In this document: in pieces, positions 56,716 to 64,000 of the stretch | How the letters are laid out: each line of letters starts with the position of its first letter | How positions within the stretch are numbered: the stretch's first letter is position 1 | NCBI GenBank assembly: GCA_964535655.1 | Contig: CAZHTP010000002.1 | Location: 90,054 to 154,053 of the forward strand | DNA length: 64,000 nt | Source of the DNA: an uncultured Gammaproteobacteria bacterium | GTDB lineage: Bacteria; Patescibacteriota; Microgenomatia; JALYQM01 | Direction of reading: 5' to 3' | Notes under the pieces: model-generated | What the model was told of the DNA's origin: nothing | Seen by the model: only the letters and a program-made list of their open reading frames with translations | The model's database searches: none | Translations under genes and position numbers: made by a program

Positions 56716-57103
56716 GGTCGTTATTAGTTCCTGGTATGTTATCTTTAACTACCTGCTCGTCTTTTGCGCGAAATCCATGTGTCAATTTATGAAGTAGTTG
56801 CTTATCCTCGGTTTCAGACGACCTTATAACCACTTCTAGCTTCCGTACACCTGTATTCTGCTTGAAGTCTATTGAATACTTATTCAGAACGAGAATGTCC
56901 AGCAAAACCCCACCTAGAGCCTGTAAATCGCTTTCTTTATAAGGTTCTTCCATATCCTGAAACTGGCTCGATTTGAAGTTTTTGTAAGGAATACCCCATT
57001 TATAAATGCACGCATTCCTTTCTATGAGAACAGACATTAGGTCGTCTGGTTGAAATAAGCCGTCTGCTTCTTCGGGAAGTTCGTATTTAGAGTTCTTTTT
57101 CAT
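56708..57103 (-). CDS. Hypothetical 131-aa protein co-transcribed with recombinase A (8-nt overlap)
   Basis: ORF overlaps the recombinase start. No recognisable domain. Its position fits an accessory or directionality factor. Confidence 0.4.
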   Translation of the reverse strand: MKKNSKYELPEEADGLFQPDDLMSVLIERNACIYKWGIPYKNFKSSQFQDMEEPYKESDLQALGGVLLDILVLNKYSIDFKQNTGVRKLEVVIRSSETEDKQLLHKLTHGFRAKDEQVVKDNIPGTNNDHE

Positions 57104-57152
57104 AAATGTTATTTCTAATTATAGCTTAAAGATGTATAATTTAGTATAAGTT

Positions 57153-57341
57153 ATGCCAAGTAAAACAAAACTACTGCGAATAAGGGAAGCCGCCGAACTG
57201 TTAGGCGTAAATCCCGAAACGTTACGACGCTGGGACAATGAAGGGCGTCTAAAGGCTATTCGCATAGGTAAAAGGCAAGATAGAAGATATAAGCCAGAAG
57301 ACGTTCAAAGGATTATTGAAGGTAAAACAAACAATGAGTAA
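57153..57341 (+). CDS. Excisionase/AlpA-like (HTH_17, MerR-superfamily) DNA-binding protein
   Basis: LLRIREAAELLGVNPETLRRWDNEGRLKAIRIG matches the Xis-type HTH pattern. Confidence 0.6.
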   Translation: MPSKTKLLRIREAAELLGVNPETLRRWDNEGRLKAIRIGKRQDRRYKPEDVQRIIEGKTNNE

Positions 57342-58818
57342 CGATAAGGGAAATACACAGCCAAAAATACTTTTTTCAGACCACTTTAATGTAGATAAAA
57401 AGGCACTTGACGAATATGGTGCTTTCGATATTTCATTAGTTGCGGATTTCCCCTTATTCATTGACCCTTTCCTTCTTTTTAATAGTAAAAAGCCTGAATA
57501 CCAGCAACTGCATGACGGAATGATTGCCTATTTGCGATTCTTACGAGACAAGTCGGTTTCCCAGCCAATAGATAAAGGATTATTAGCGGCGTGGTATCGC
57601 TTCAAAGAAGTCAAACAAAATTGGTTAGGTTTTTCTGTAGACGGAAATAGCGGTAGCGCGTTAGGGGCGGACTTTGCTAAAGCATTAAATGAAAACTTTG
57701 CGAAAATCTTTACCGATTACGGTGAAGAAAAGGTAACAAGAAGTTCCCATTTAGAAAAATTGTGTCTGATAAAAGACGGTGTTGGTAAAGACAATATAAG
57801 TGATTTCACGACTAATCTCACCTTAGACTTCTTGCTTCAATATACCCAGTCATTCGCCAAGAAATATATTGACCCCTCACTTTGCAAGGAATTCCGAATC
57901 CCTCGCGTTCGCTTTAACTATGAAACTGAATCGTGGGAAGAAGGTACTTACACACTACCGTCTTATCAAAATGACTTCGTAATTTTAACCCCAAAAGACT
58001 TACTGACAAAAGATGAAACCTGGATAAATAAAGACGACCTTGTTGAAGATTTTTATAATATCCCGAATGCTATTTCTAATGATGAACTTCGTGCGAAAAT
58101 CAACAACTACTTTAGAAGCGTATTGCCAAAAGACCCTAAAAAGAAAGACGAAAAAGAAGCTGCTATAAAAACGATACTAGAATTCCCTGAACTTATTGAC
58201 TACTACATTAAACACAAGGAAGATAACGGCGACAGAGCTACAAGCATTAGCGAACAGAAAGTAGCCCATTCAGAGTTGATGTATGTAGACCAATTTACGG
58301 CTTTCGCAAAACTGCTTGCCGAAAAGACGGACTTTTATAAAACGCCGTATGATTCTTATGACGAAGCTATGCAGCGGGTACAATACCTAAAATCAGTTAT
58401 TGAAAATAACGATGGGTACAGGTTCTTTTATGTAGATAATGAGCCGATAAGACGCGAAGAAGACTTAAAAATTGCCTACCGCCTTACTTGGCGTGGTTCT
58501 ACATTCGATTTTAATACCGAAGTAAATAATGGCCGTGGCCCAGTCGATGTAAAAGTGTCTAAAGGTTCGGCCGATAAAAGTCTTGTCGAACTGAAACTAG
58601 CTACAAATACACAACTTGAAAGGAATTTGCAAAACCAGGTGGGTGTTTATGAAGAAGCAAACAACACGAAGAAAAGTATCAAAGTTATTATCTACTTTAC
58701 CTTTCAAGAATTGCGACGCGTTCAAGGAATACTTAAAAGGTTAGGCCTCGAAGGAAAAGAAAATGTCGTTTTAATTGACGCACGGAAAGATAACAAAACG
58801 TCGGCTTCAAAAGTATAA
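57316..58818 (+). CDS. Hypothetical 500-aa protein with a C-terminal PD-(D/E)xK-like motif (candidate nuclease)
   Basis: The C-terminal segment GRGPVDVKVSKGSADKSLVELKLA fits a PD-x(n)-ExK nuclease motif. The gene ends 3 nt before the methyltransferase gene. Confidence 0.4.
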   Translation: MKVKQTMSNDKGNTQPKILFSDHFNVDKKALDEYGAFDISLVADFPLFIDPFLLFNSKKPEYQQLHDGMIAYLRFLRDKSVSQPIDKGLLAAWYRFKEVKQNWLGFSVDGNSGSALGADFAKALNENFAKIFTDYGEEKVTRSSHLEKLCLIKDGVGKDNISDFTTNLTLDFLLQYTQSFAKKYIDPSLCKEFRIPRVRFNYETESWEEGTYTLPSYQNDFVILTPKDLLTKDETWINKDDLVEDFYNIPNAISNDELRAKINNYFRSVLPKDPKKKDEKEAAIKTILEFPELIDYYIKHKEDNGDRATSISEQKVAHSELMYVDQFTAFAKLLAEKTDFYKTPYDSYDEAMQRVQYLKSVIENNDGYRFFYVDNEPIRREEDLKIAYRLTWRGSTFDFNTEVNNGRGPVDVKVSKGSADKSLVELKLATNTQLERNLQNQVGVYEEANNTKKSIKVIIYFTFQELRRVQGILKRLGLEGKENVVLIDARKDNKTSASKV

Positions 58819-58820
58819 TT

Positions 58821-59831
58821 ATGAAATATATTGCATATACAGTAAAAGGCCTTGAAGATGTCGCTAGGCAAGAAATTAAAGATTTAATCCGTGAAGTGAA
58901 CTTTGCAGACTTAAAACCTAAAAGGATTATCTTCGAAACTAACGATACTAACGCATTAACTAGCTTAAAAACGATTGATGATATTTGTTTACTACTTGTT
59001 ACAAGTGAAGTATCAAACGTCGACGAAGTTTTAGACACTTTTAAGGATATAAACCTAGAAGCGGCAAGGGAACACATAGAACAATATCGAAAGATTGGGG
59101 ATACTTTTTCTGTTACTTTTAGTTTGGCTAAAACGAAGATTAAAACAGAAGAACTTCAAAGCTCTCTAAGTAAGATTATTAGCGAGCGTTACAACTGGGA
59201 ATATACAGAACTCGACCACTCTAATTTCGATGTACGCGTTTTTATAGATAATAAAGAACTGTATGTCTCGGTGCGTCTTACAGAAAAGCCATTATTCCAT
59301 AGAAGTTACCGCACAGTTTCTTCTAAAGGTGGTTTAAGACCTAGTATTGCCGCCGCCCTGGTTAAACTTGCCACAATGGATAGCAAAGGTACTGTCGTAG
59401 ATAATTTCTGTGGTAGTGGAACGATACTCGCCGAAGCATACCTTGCAGGTAATGATATTTACGGTGGGGATATTGAAAATACAGCAGTCGAAGCTACTTT
59501 ACAGAACCTATCTAATTTAGGGTGTAAAACAGACGGTAAGATTAAAAGGTTAGACGCTCTAAAAGCACCATGGAAGGATAATCAATTCGATTTTGCTATA
59601 TCTAACTTGCCATGGGACAAGCAAATTGAAATTAAAAGCGTTACCGATTTATATGTCGGTTCGCTATCAGAATATGCTCGTATCTTAAAACCAGACGGAA
59701 GATTATGTCTATTAGTATCCAAACCAGATTTGCTAATCAAACACGCTAAGACATTTTTCCCAAAGAAGAAGATAGAAAAGATTCAAATAGGATTTTTAGG
59801 GCAAACACCTTCAATAATTACGATTATTTAA
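58821..59831 (+). CDS. SAM-dependent methyltransferase with N-terminal THUMP-like domain (RlmL/Trm14/UPF0020-like)
   Basis: N-terminus MKYIAYTVKGLEDVARQEIKDL (THUMP-like), motif I VDNFCGSGTILAEA (cf. DPMCGSGT), and catalytic motif IV-like ISNLPWD (cf. DPPY/NPPW). Confidence 0.55.
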   Translation: MKYIAYTVKGLEDVARQEIKDLIREVNFADLKPKRIIFETNDTNALTSLKTIDDICLLLVTSEVSNVDEVLDTFKDINLEAAREHIEQYRKIGDTFSVTFSLAKTKIKTEELQSSLSKIISERYNWEYTELDHSNFDVRVFIDNKELYVSVRLTEKPLFHRSYRTVSSKGGLRPSIAAALVKLATMDSKGTVVDNFCGSGTILAEAYLAGNDIYGGDIENTAVEATLQNLSNLGCKTDGKIKRLDALKAPWKDNQFDFAISNLPWDKQIEIKSVTDLYVGSLSEYARILKPDGRLCLLVSKPDLLIKHAKTFFPKKKIEKIQIGFLGQTPSIITII

Positions 59832-60328
59832 GAAGGTTTTATATTTTCTTCAATCCACTTATCTAAATTCATTTGTTGATTGTAGGTAATATATTCTTCG
59901 TCTTCGGTGGGTTCTTCAAACATATCTAATGCTCGTTTAAGTGTTACTTCTTCGAGCTGACCCCGTTCTTGTGTTTTTTCGTTGATTTCCCACCGTCTTT
60001 TGATTTCCTCTAATGGAACATTAAGATAGATAACATTAAACTTTTTCCCTAAACTTTCCGCTATATTTCTGGCTGTTTGTCGCTCGCTTCTTTTAAGATT
60101 ACCCAGGTCTAAAACGACCGTTTTGTCTTCTTTCAGTAGCTTTTTTAGCTTTTCGTATCCTTCTGAATAAACGGTATTCCAGTCTTCTTGTGTCATATCT
60201 TCCACTTCAAAGCCTTTTTCGTCTATAACGTCGTCCATAGAAACTTTGATAAACCCAAAACGATTTACGAGTTCTTTAGTTAAAGTTGTTTTTCCTGAAT
60301 ATGGAAGCCCTGTTAATATATAAAGCAT
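59828..60328 (-). CDS. Small P-loop NTPase/kinase (AAA_33/polynucleotide-kinase-like)
   Basis: Walker A GLPYSGKTT within a 166-aa single-domain protein. Its stop overlaps the methyltransferase stop (convergent). Confidence 0.5.
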   Translation of the reverse strand: MLYILTGLPYSGKTTLTKELVNRFGFIKVSMDDVIDEKGFEVEDMTQEDWNTVYSEGYEKLKKLLKEDKTVVLDLGNLKRSERQTARNIAESLGKKFNVIYLNVPLEEIKRRWEINEKTQERGQLEEVTLKRALDMFEEPTEDEEYITYNQQMNLDKWIEENIKPS

Positions 60329-60352
60329 GTTTAGATTATATCTGATAACGCA

Positions 60353-60952
60353 TTATTTAGCTTCTTGTTCTTTGCTTCTTACGTAATCGTGGTGTCGATT
60401 AAGAAGGTTTTCAAGTAACCTGGCTTCTTCTTCGTTTCTTGGTGCGCCAAGTTGTTGTGAATCACCTCGTTTTTTATTTAATTTTTCAAAGTATTTCATT
60501 TGGTCTAAATACCACATTGCGGCACGAACATTTGGTTGTCTTTCTGATACTAGAATATAAATTGTTTCTTTCGTTAAAGGGTGCGTAAAGGCACGGTAAC
60601 ATGGCTTACGCCCCTCTATAGCAAATGCCAAAGCTAATTGCGCTTGCATTGTTAAATTGTCCTTTGCCAGGCTAGCGACCCGCTGAAATGTTTCAGAGCT
60701 GGCCATGTATTTTTGCCGAGTATTTTCAGGGATATGTGCGTAAATAGCCGAATTTTTGTACGTATGGCCGAGGGATAGATAAAACAAAAAGTTATGAAGT
60801 TTTTCGGCGGTTAATTCTATCTTTCTACCACGCCTTTTTGGGTCTTTCGCGTTAGACAATTCTTTTACAATACTGCGATACACGCTATCAGAAACGTGTT
60901 GTTGAATAAATTCTTCTTCAAATGTTTGTATTACTTCTTTTCTTATATCCAT
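60353..60952 (-). CDS. Hypothetical protein (199 aa)
   Basis: ORF immediately downstream of recombinase B. The basic N-terminal segment (KRRGRKIELTAEKLHNFLFYL) could be DNA-binding. Confidence 0.35.
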   Translation of the reverse strand: MDIRKEVIQTFEEEFIQQHVSDSVYRSIVKELSNAKDPKRRGRKIELTAEKLHNFLFYLSLGHTYKNSAIYAHIPENTRQKYMASSETFQRVASLAKDNLTMQAQLALAFAIEGRKPCYRAFTHPLTKETIYILVSERQPNVRAAMWYLDQMKYFEKLNKKRGDSQQLGAPRNEEEARLLENLLNRHHDYVRSKEQEAK

Positions 60953-60956
60953 AGGC

Positions 60957-62864
60957 TTAATTAGCTAGGCTTTGTAGAAAACTGTTATTTCTAGAAGCAA
61001 AGTGAAGAATTTTAAGGTCAATATCGTTATAATAGAACTGTAACGGAAGTATTTCTTTCTTGTTTAGTTCTGGGTCAGAAATGCTGTCCCACCATTTATC
61101 ATTTTCCACCGTGAACCCAGAATCCAATAAGTTATTTAACATATTATGTGGTAATTTAATCTGGATATCTATCCCATTTGGGATCATTTGGTTGTCTTTT
61201 TTTTGACCAGCTATTTTGTCTTCTTCATTGCGTGGTCTTGCCTGAACAATAATTTTATCTACGATTGAACTAATTAGTTCTTTCAAGAGTTTTGGATCTC
61301 TATTTGTGCTTTGTAAAAAGTCTTTGTATTTTGTCTTAAATTGTTCAAAAACATCCAAATACCCGTCATATAAAATGAAATCACTCAATTGCCGATCAAT
61401 TTCAATAATCTTGTTTTCATAATCTAATTGCTTTTTAATAATTTGTTCTTTATACGCTTGTGCTTTTTCAGCAGAATACACTCCGTGCAATAACGCTTCT
61501 TCATTTCGTGCAATTTGTGCAGGTATACCACCAAGCAATTTCTTGTACTGCTTAATATCGTCTTGCAACTTATCCTTAGCTAATCTTGTAGATTTAAGAT
61601 CACCATAGTGTTTGTAAACTGCTGTAGGGTCTTTTAAGAGGTTTAGTATAAATTGTGTGACATACGCTTCAATTTGCTTAGCAGGAATAGGAATCACAGG
61701 GCATACAGTATCAAACTTTTTTCGGTTTTTCCTATTGCATTGGTAATAGTAAATATATTCTGTCTTGGCTTTATTTTTATGTTTAACACCAGTCCATCCG
61801 AATGATTGATTTTTGGTTAGTAACTTATTTTGATCCAAACTTTCACAATATTTACACTGCAAAAGACTTCCTAATAAATATTCATTTGTATTCGGCTGAT
61901 GATTTATTTTCCTCTCCTTTAGATCTGCGACTCGTAACTGTACAAGCTCAAATAAATGAAAGGGAATGATTGCTGGTTGACTGTATTTTGAGAGAGTCCA
62001 CTCATCTTTAGCGAGCTTTTTACCTTTTTTGGTTTTATTAAAGTAGTAACTACCAGTATATATATCATTTGTTAAAATTTTTTTGACTTGCTCTGCTCTC
62101 CAAAAGAAAATACTATTTTTTTTATTACTATCACCAAGTCTTTTATTGTTTATTATGGCTGAGTCTTCGGGACTTTCTATCATTTCTTCTTGTAGTAAAT
62201 CTGCAATCTGCTGATAAGTGTATTTATGGACACTAAAAAGTTCATGTATTCTTTGAACAATTTTTTCCTCACTAGGTAAAATAATCAATTTCTTATCTTC
62301 ACCACGAATGTATCCATATGGGGGTTGTTTTCCTGCTACCGAACCTTTGTTTTTTGCTACTTCTAGTCCTGACTGAGTTCTTTCAAGAATAACCTCACGT
62401 TCTAGCTCAGCTATCACTCCCATTATGCCAAGCATAGCCCTACCGAACGAATTTGAGGTATCGATGCTTTCTAATGCCGATATGAATTCAACTTTATTCT
62501 TAGCTAGAAAGTCACTTATTTCAAGTAAAATTGTTAGTTTTCTAGCGAATCTATCAATTTTATACACAAGTACAACATCAAAAGGTTTATTTTCACCAGC
62601 ATTTACTAAGTCTTCAATTAGCCTAGAAAACGCTGGACGTTCGTTAATGGGGGTGGTTCCTGAAATGCCATCATCAACATAAACATAGTTCTCACCAGCG
62701 AGAATCATTCGAGGTCTATTATCGTCAAGTACTCCTTTTGTTTTGATAATTGCTTCTACTGTTGCACGTTGCATTTCCAGACCGAACCTCTCTTTCTGAT
62801 CTTCGGTGGAAACTCGTAAATATATTGCAGCTTTTATTTGAGTTTGGGTATTTTCAATTATCAT
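60957..62864 (-). CDS. Large serine recombinase B (paralog of A)
   Basis: IYLRVSTEDQ catalytic motif. Aligns with recombinase A through the N-terminal ~170 aa at high identity. Zinc-ribbon Cys cluster (CKYCESLD...YYYQCNRKN). Confidence 0.85.
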   Translation of the reverse strand: MIIENTQTQIKAAIYLRVSTEDQKERFGLEMQRATVEAIIKTKGVLDDNRPRMILAGENYVYVDDGISGTTPINERPAFSRLIEDLVNAGENKPFDVVLVYKIDRFARKLTILLEISDFLAKNKVEFISALESIDTSNSFGRAMLGIMGVIAELEREVILERTQSGLEVAKNKGSVAGKQPPYGYIRGEDKKLIILPSEEKIVQRIHELFSVHKYTYQQIADLLQEEMIESPEDSAIINNKRLGDSNKKNSIFFWRAEQVKKILTNDIYTGSYYFNKTKKGKKLAKDEWTLSKYSQPAIIPFHLFELVQLRVADLKERKINHQPNTNEYLLGSLLQCKYCESLDQNKLLTKNQSFGWTGVKHKNKAKTEYIYYYQCNRKNRKKFDTVCPVIPIPAKQIEAYVTQFILNLLKDPTAVYKHYGDLKSTRLAKDKLQDDIKQYKKLLGGIPAQIARNEEALLHGVYSAEKAQAYKEQIIKKQLDYENKIIEIDRQLSDFILYDGYLDVFEQFKTKYKDFLQSTNRDPKLLKELISSIVDKIIVQARPRNEEDKIAGQKKDNQMIPNGIDIQIKLPHNMLNNLLDSGFTVENDKWWDSISDPELNKKEILPLQFYYNDIDLKILHFASRNNSFLQSLAN

Positions 62865-62953
62865 AATAGTTCATGGTAGAGTATCTCTGTTTAGTAAAAT
62901 TATTATGATTATCCTATATAACTGTGAACTATATCAAGAGTTTGTTATGAGTT

Positions 62954-63571
62954 TTAAGCCCATTCAATGTCTCGTGTGCTTGCTAGCTCTTTTCCATATT
63001 TTTGCAAGATTCGTTTTATACGGTCTTCTCCTGCTTGCTTACTTTCCTGAACTACTGGTTCAGTATGGACTGTTAAGGTGATGTTAAGTTTTGGAATCAT
63101 ATCCATAGCAAGTTTCATTGATTCAAAATATGTTCTAGTTTTGTACGAGCGTTTGATTGTATCTGTTTCTTGGTACATTTGTTCACGGAAGTAAGGAACG
63201 TCGATAACAAGGAACTGTTTTATTTGCTCTGATAGCGTTTCCTTGACGTTTATCTTCTCTATATCGAATTTTTGTTGCTCCTTTACTAGTGGTTTTGTGC
63301 TTACTTCTGAGGGTGTGAAGTGTTTATTTCGATAGTTATAAAGTGCGGTTCTGCTTGGTAGTGGTGTATTCGGATAGCTATCCGTTAATTGTTTAAGTAT
63401 TGAAGATGGGGAATAGTGTTGTTTGAGTAGTTTATCTATGTTTTGTTTTATCTCAGTTGGCAGTGATTGAATGCCGTCAACAAATCCTGCTTTTCGTATT
63501 TGTCTGGCTTTGTGTAATTGCCGTAGACGGTGGTTCTTGGTGTGTTTCGATACTTTACTCATACTGGACAT
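62954..63571 (-). CDS. Hypothetical basic protein (205 aa)
   Basis: ORF upstream of recombinase B on the same strand. Confidence 0.4.
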   Translation of the reverse strand: MSSMSKVSKHTKNHRLRQLHKARQIRKAGFVDGIQSLPTEIKQNIDKLLKQHYSPSSILKQLTDSYPNTPLPSRTALYNYRNKHFTPSEVSTKPLVKEQQKFDIEKINVKETLSEQIKQFLVIDVPYFREQMYQETDTIKRSYKTRTYFESMKLAMDMIPKLNITLTVHTEPVVQESKQAGEDRIKRILQKYGKELASTRDIEWA

Positions 63572-63697
63572 AGTACACCCTTTTTTGACTCATTTAGCAA
63601 GGTGATTATGTAGTGTACTGGACGGTTTTTGAATATTTTATTTGAAACTCCCTCTATCTGAACTTACTATATTGGGAGTTTTCCAATACTGTATTTT

Positions 63698-63922
63698 CTA
63701 TACAGTTGAAGGGTATAAGTCGTCTACCGTTGCATTGAGTGCTTTTGCAATTCGGTAAAGGTTATATGAAGACGGTGTAATTCGGGCATTTTCGATCAAG
63801 TTTATATACGTTCTGGAAAACCCTGATTCGCCAGATAGATCATCAAGGGTCAAATTCTTCTTTTTTCGTATATTTCGGATATTGTTTCCGACTATTTCCA
63901 TAAACTTTGACTTGGAAAGCAT
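63698..63922 (-). CDS. XRE-family helix-turn-helix transcriptional regulator
   Basis: IRNIRKKKNLTLDDLSGESGFSRTYINLIENA is a classic HTH_3 pattern. Confidence 0.7.
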   Translation of the reverse strand: MLSKSKFMEIVGNNIRNIRKKKNLTLDDLSGESGFSRTYINLIENARITPSSYNLYRIAKALNATVDDLYPSTV

Positions 63923-64000
63923 GCCTTATTTATAGGAAAATGGACAAATTTTCACATCATAATATCGTTAACATTAGTTATTGATAATGCTATTAAGTAA

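Larger units (their letters stand above)
54883..64000. mobile_element. tRNA-Lys(CTT)-associated integrative element with two large serine recombinases and cargo. It extends to or beyond the window end
   Basis: The recombinase A 3' end is encoded inside the tRNA. The element also carries an Xis-like HTH, a second paralogous large serine recombinase, an XRE regulator, a nuclease-like/methyltransferase/kinase cassette, and genes of unknown function. Confidence 0.65.

Noticed and set aside
61051-61120. tRNA-like segment at the 3' end of recombinase B (CTGGGTC.. resembling a T-arm)
   Set aside because: Only a 7-8-nt resemblance. No acceptor or anticodon arms can be folded.
1-64000. CRISPR arrays or rRNA genes
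   Set aside because: No regularly spaced direct repeats and no rRNA-like conserved blocks observed anywhere in the window.

Overview
This reads as a low-GC (~38-42% by eye) bacterial window with short, tightly packed genes, many secreted or membrane proteins with Pro/Thr-rich linkers, and a minimal repair and translation gene set. I infer a CPR/Patescibacteria-type (possibly Saccharibacteria-like) genome, but that is not proven. Long uninterrupted ORFs such as dnaE imply the standard genetic code.

The conserved backbone includes htpX, lemA, gatCAB, dnaE, rplS, rnhB, yraN, typA, a divergent lower-glycolysis trio (PEP-utilizer-like, enolase-like, gpmI), a lexA/uvrB/uvrA/uvrC SOS-NER neighbourhood, secG, a substrate-binding protein and 7 tRNAs.

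The most unusual content is accessory.
- Two integrative elements are each bounded by a tRNA gene (tRNA-Glu-CTC at 30657-30730; tRNA-Lys-CTT at 54883-54953). In both, the 3' end of a large serine recombinase gene is literally encoded by the 3' half of the tRNA, antisense. Element 1 also carries a catalytic-domain-only resolvase paralog with its nucleophilic Ser replaced by Ala. Element 2 carries two paralogous large serine recombinases, an Xis-like HTH, and a three-gene cassette: a 500-aa protein with a PD-(D/E)xK-like motif, a translationally coupled THUMP/RlmL-like SAM methyltransferase, and a convergent P-loop kinase.
- Two strongly GC-rich (~60-65%) secreted-protein genes (25724-26155; 49725-50714) sit in AT-rich surroundings with strong Shine-Dalgarno sites, pointing to recent horizontal acquisition from a high-GC donor.
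- A hicBA toxin-antitoxin pair sits between tRNA-Thr and tRNA-Gly, with a truncated NUDIX remnant immediately in frame downstream of hicA.
- Paralogous secreted proteins share an N-terminal domain, and a protein with a ~250-aa Pro/Gln-rich spacer has an apparently inactivated SDH/ClpP-like C-terminal domain.

All assignments are from reading the translations and sequence by eye. No database searches were run.
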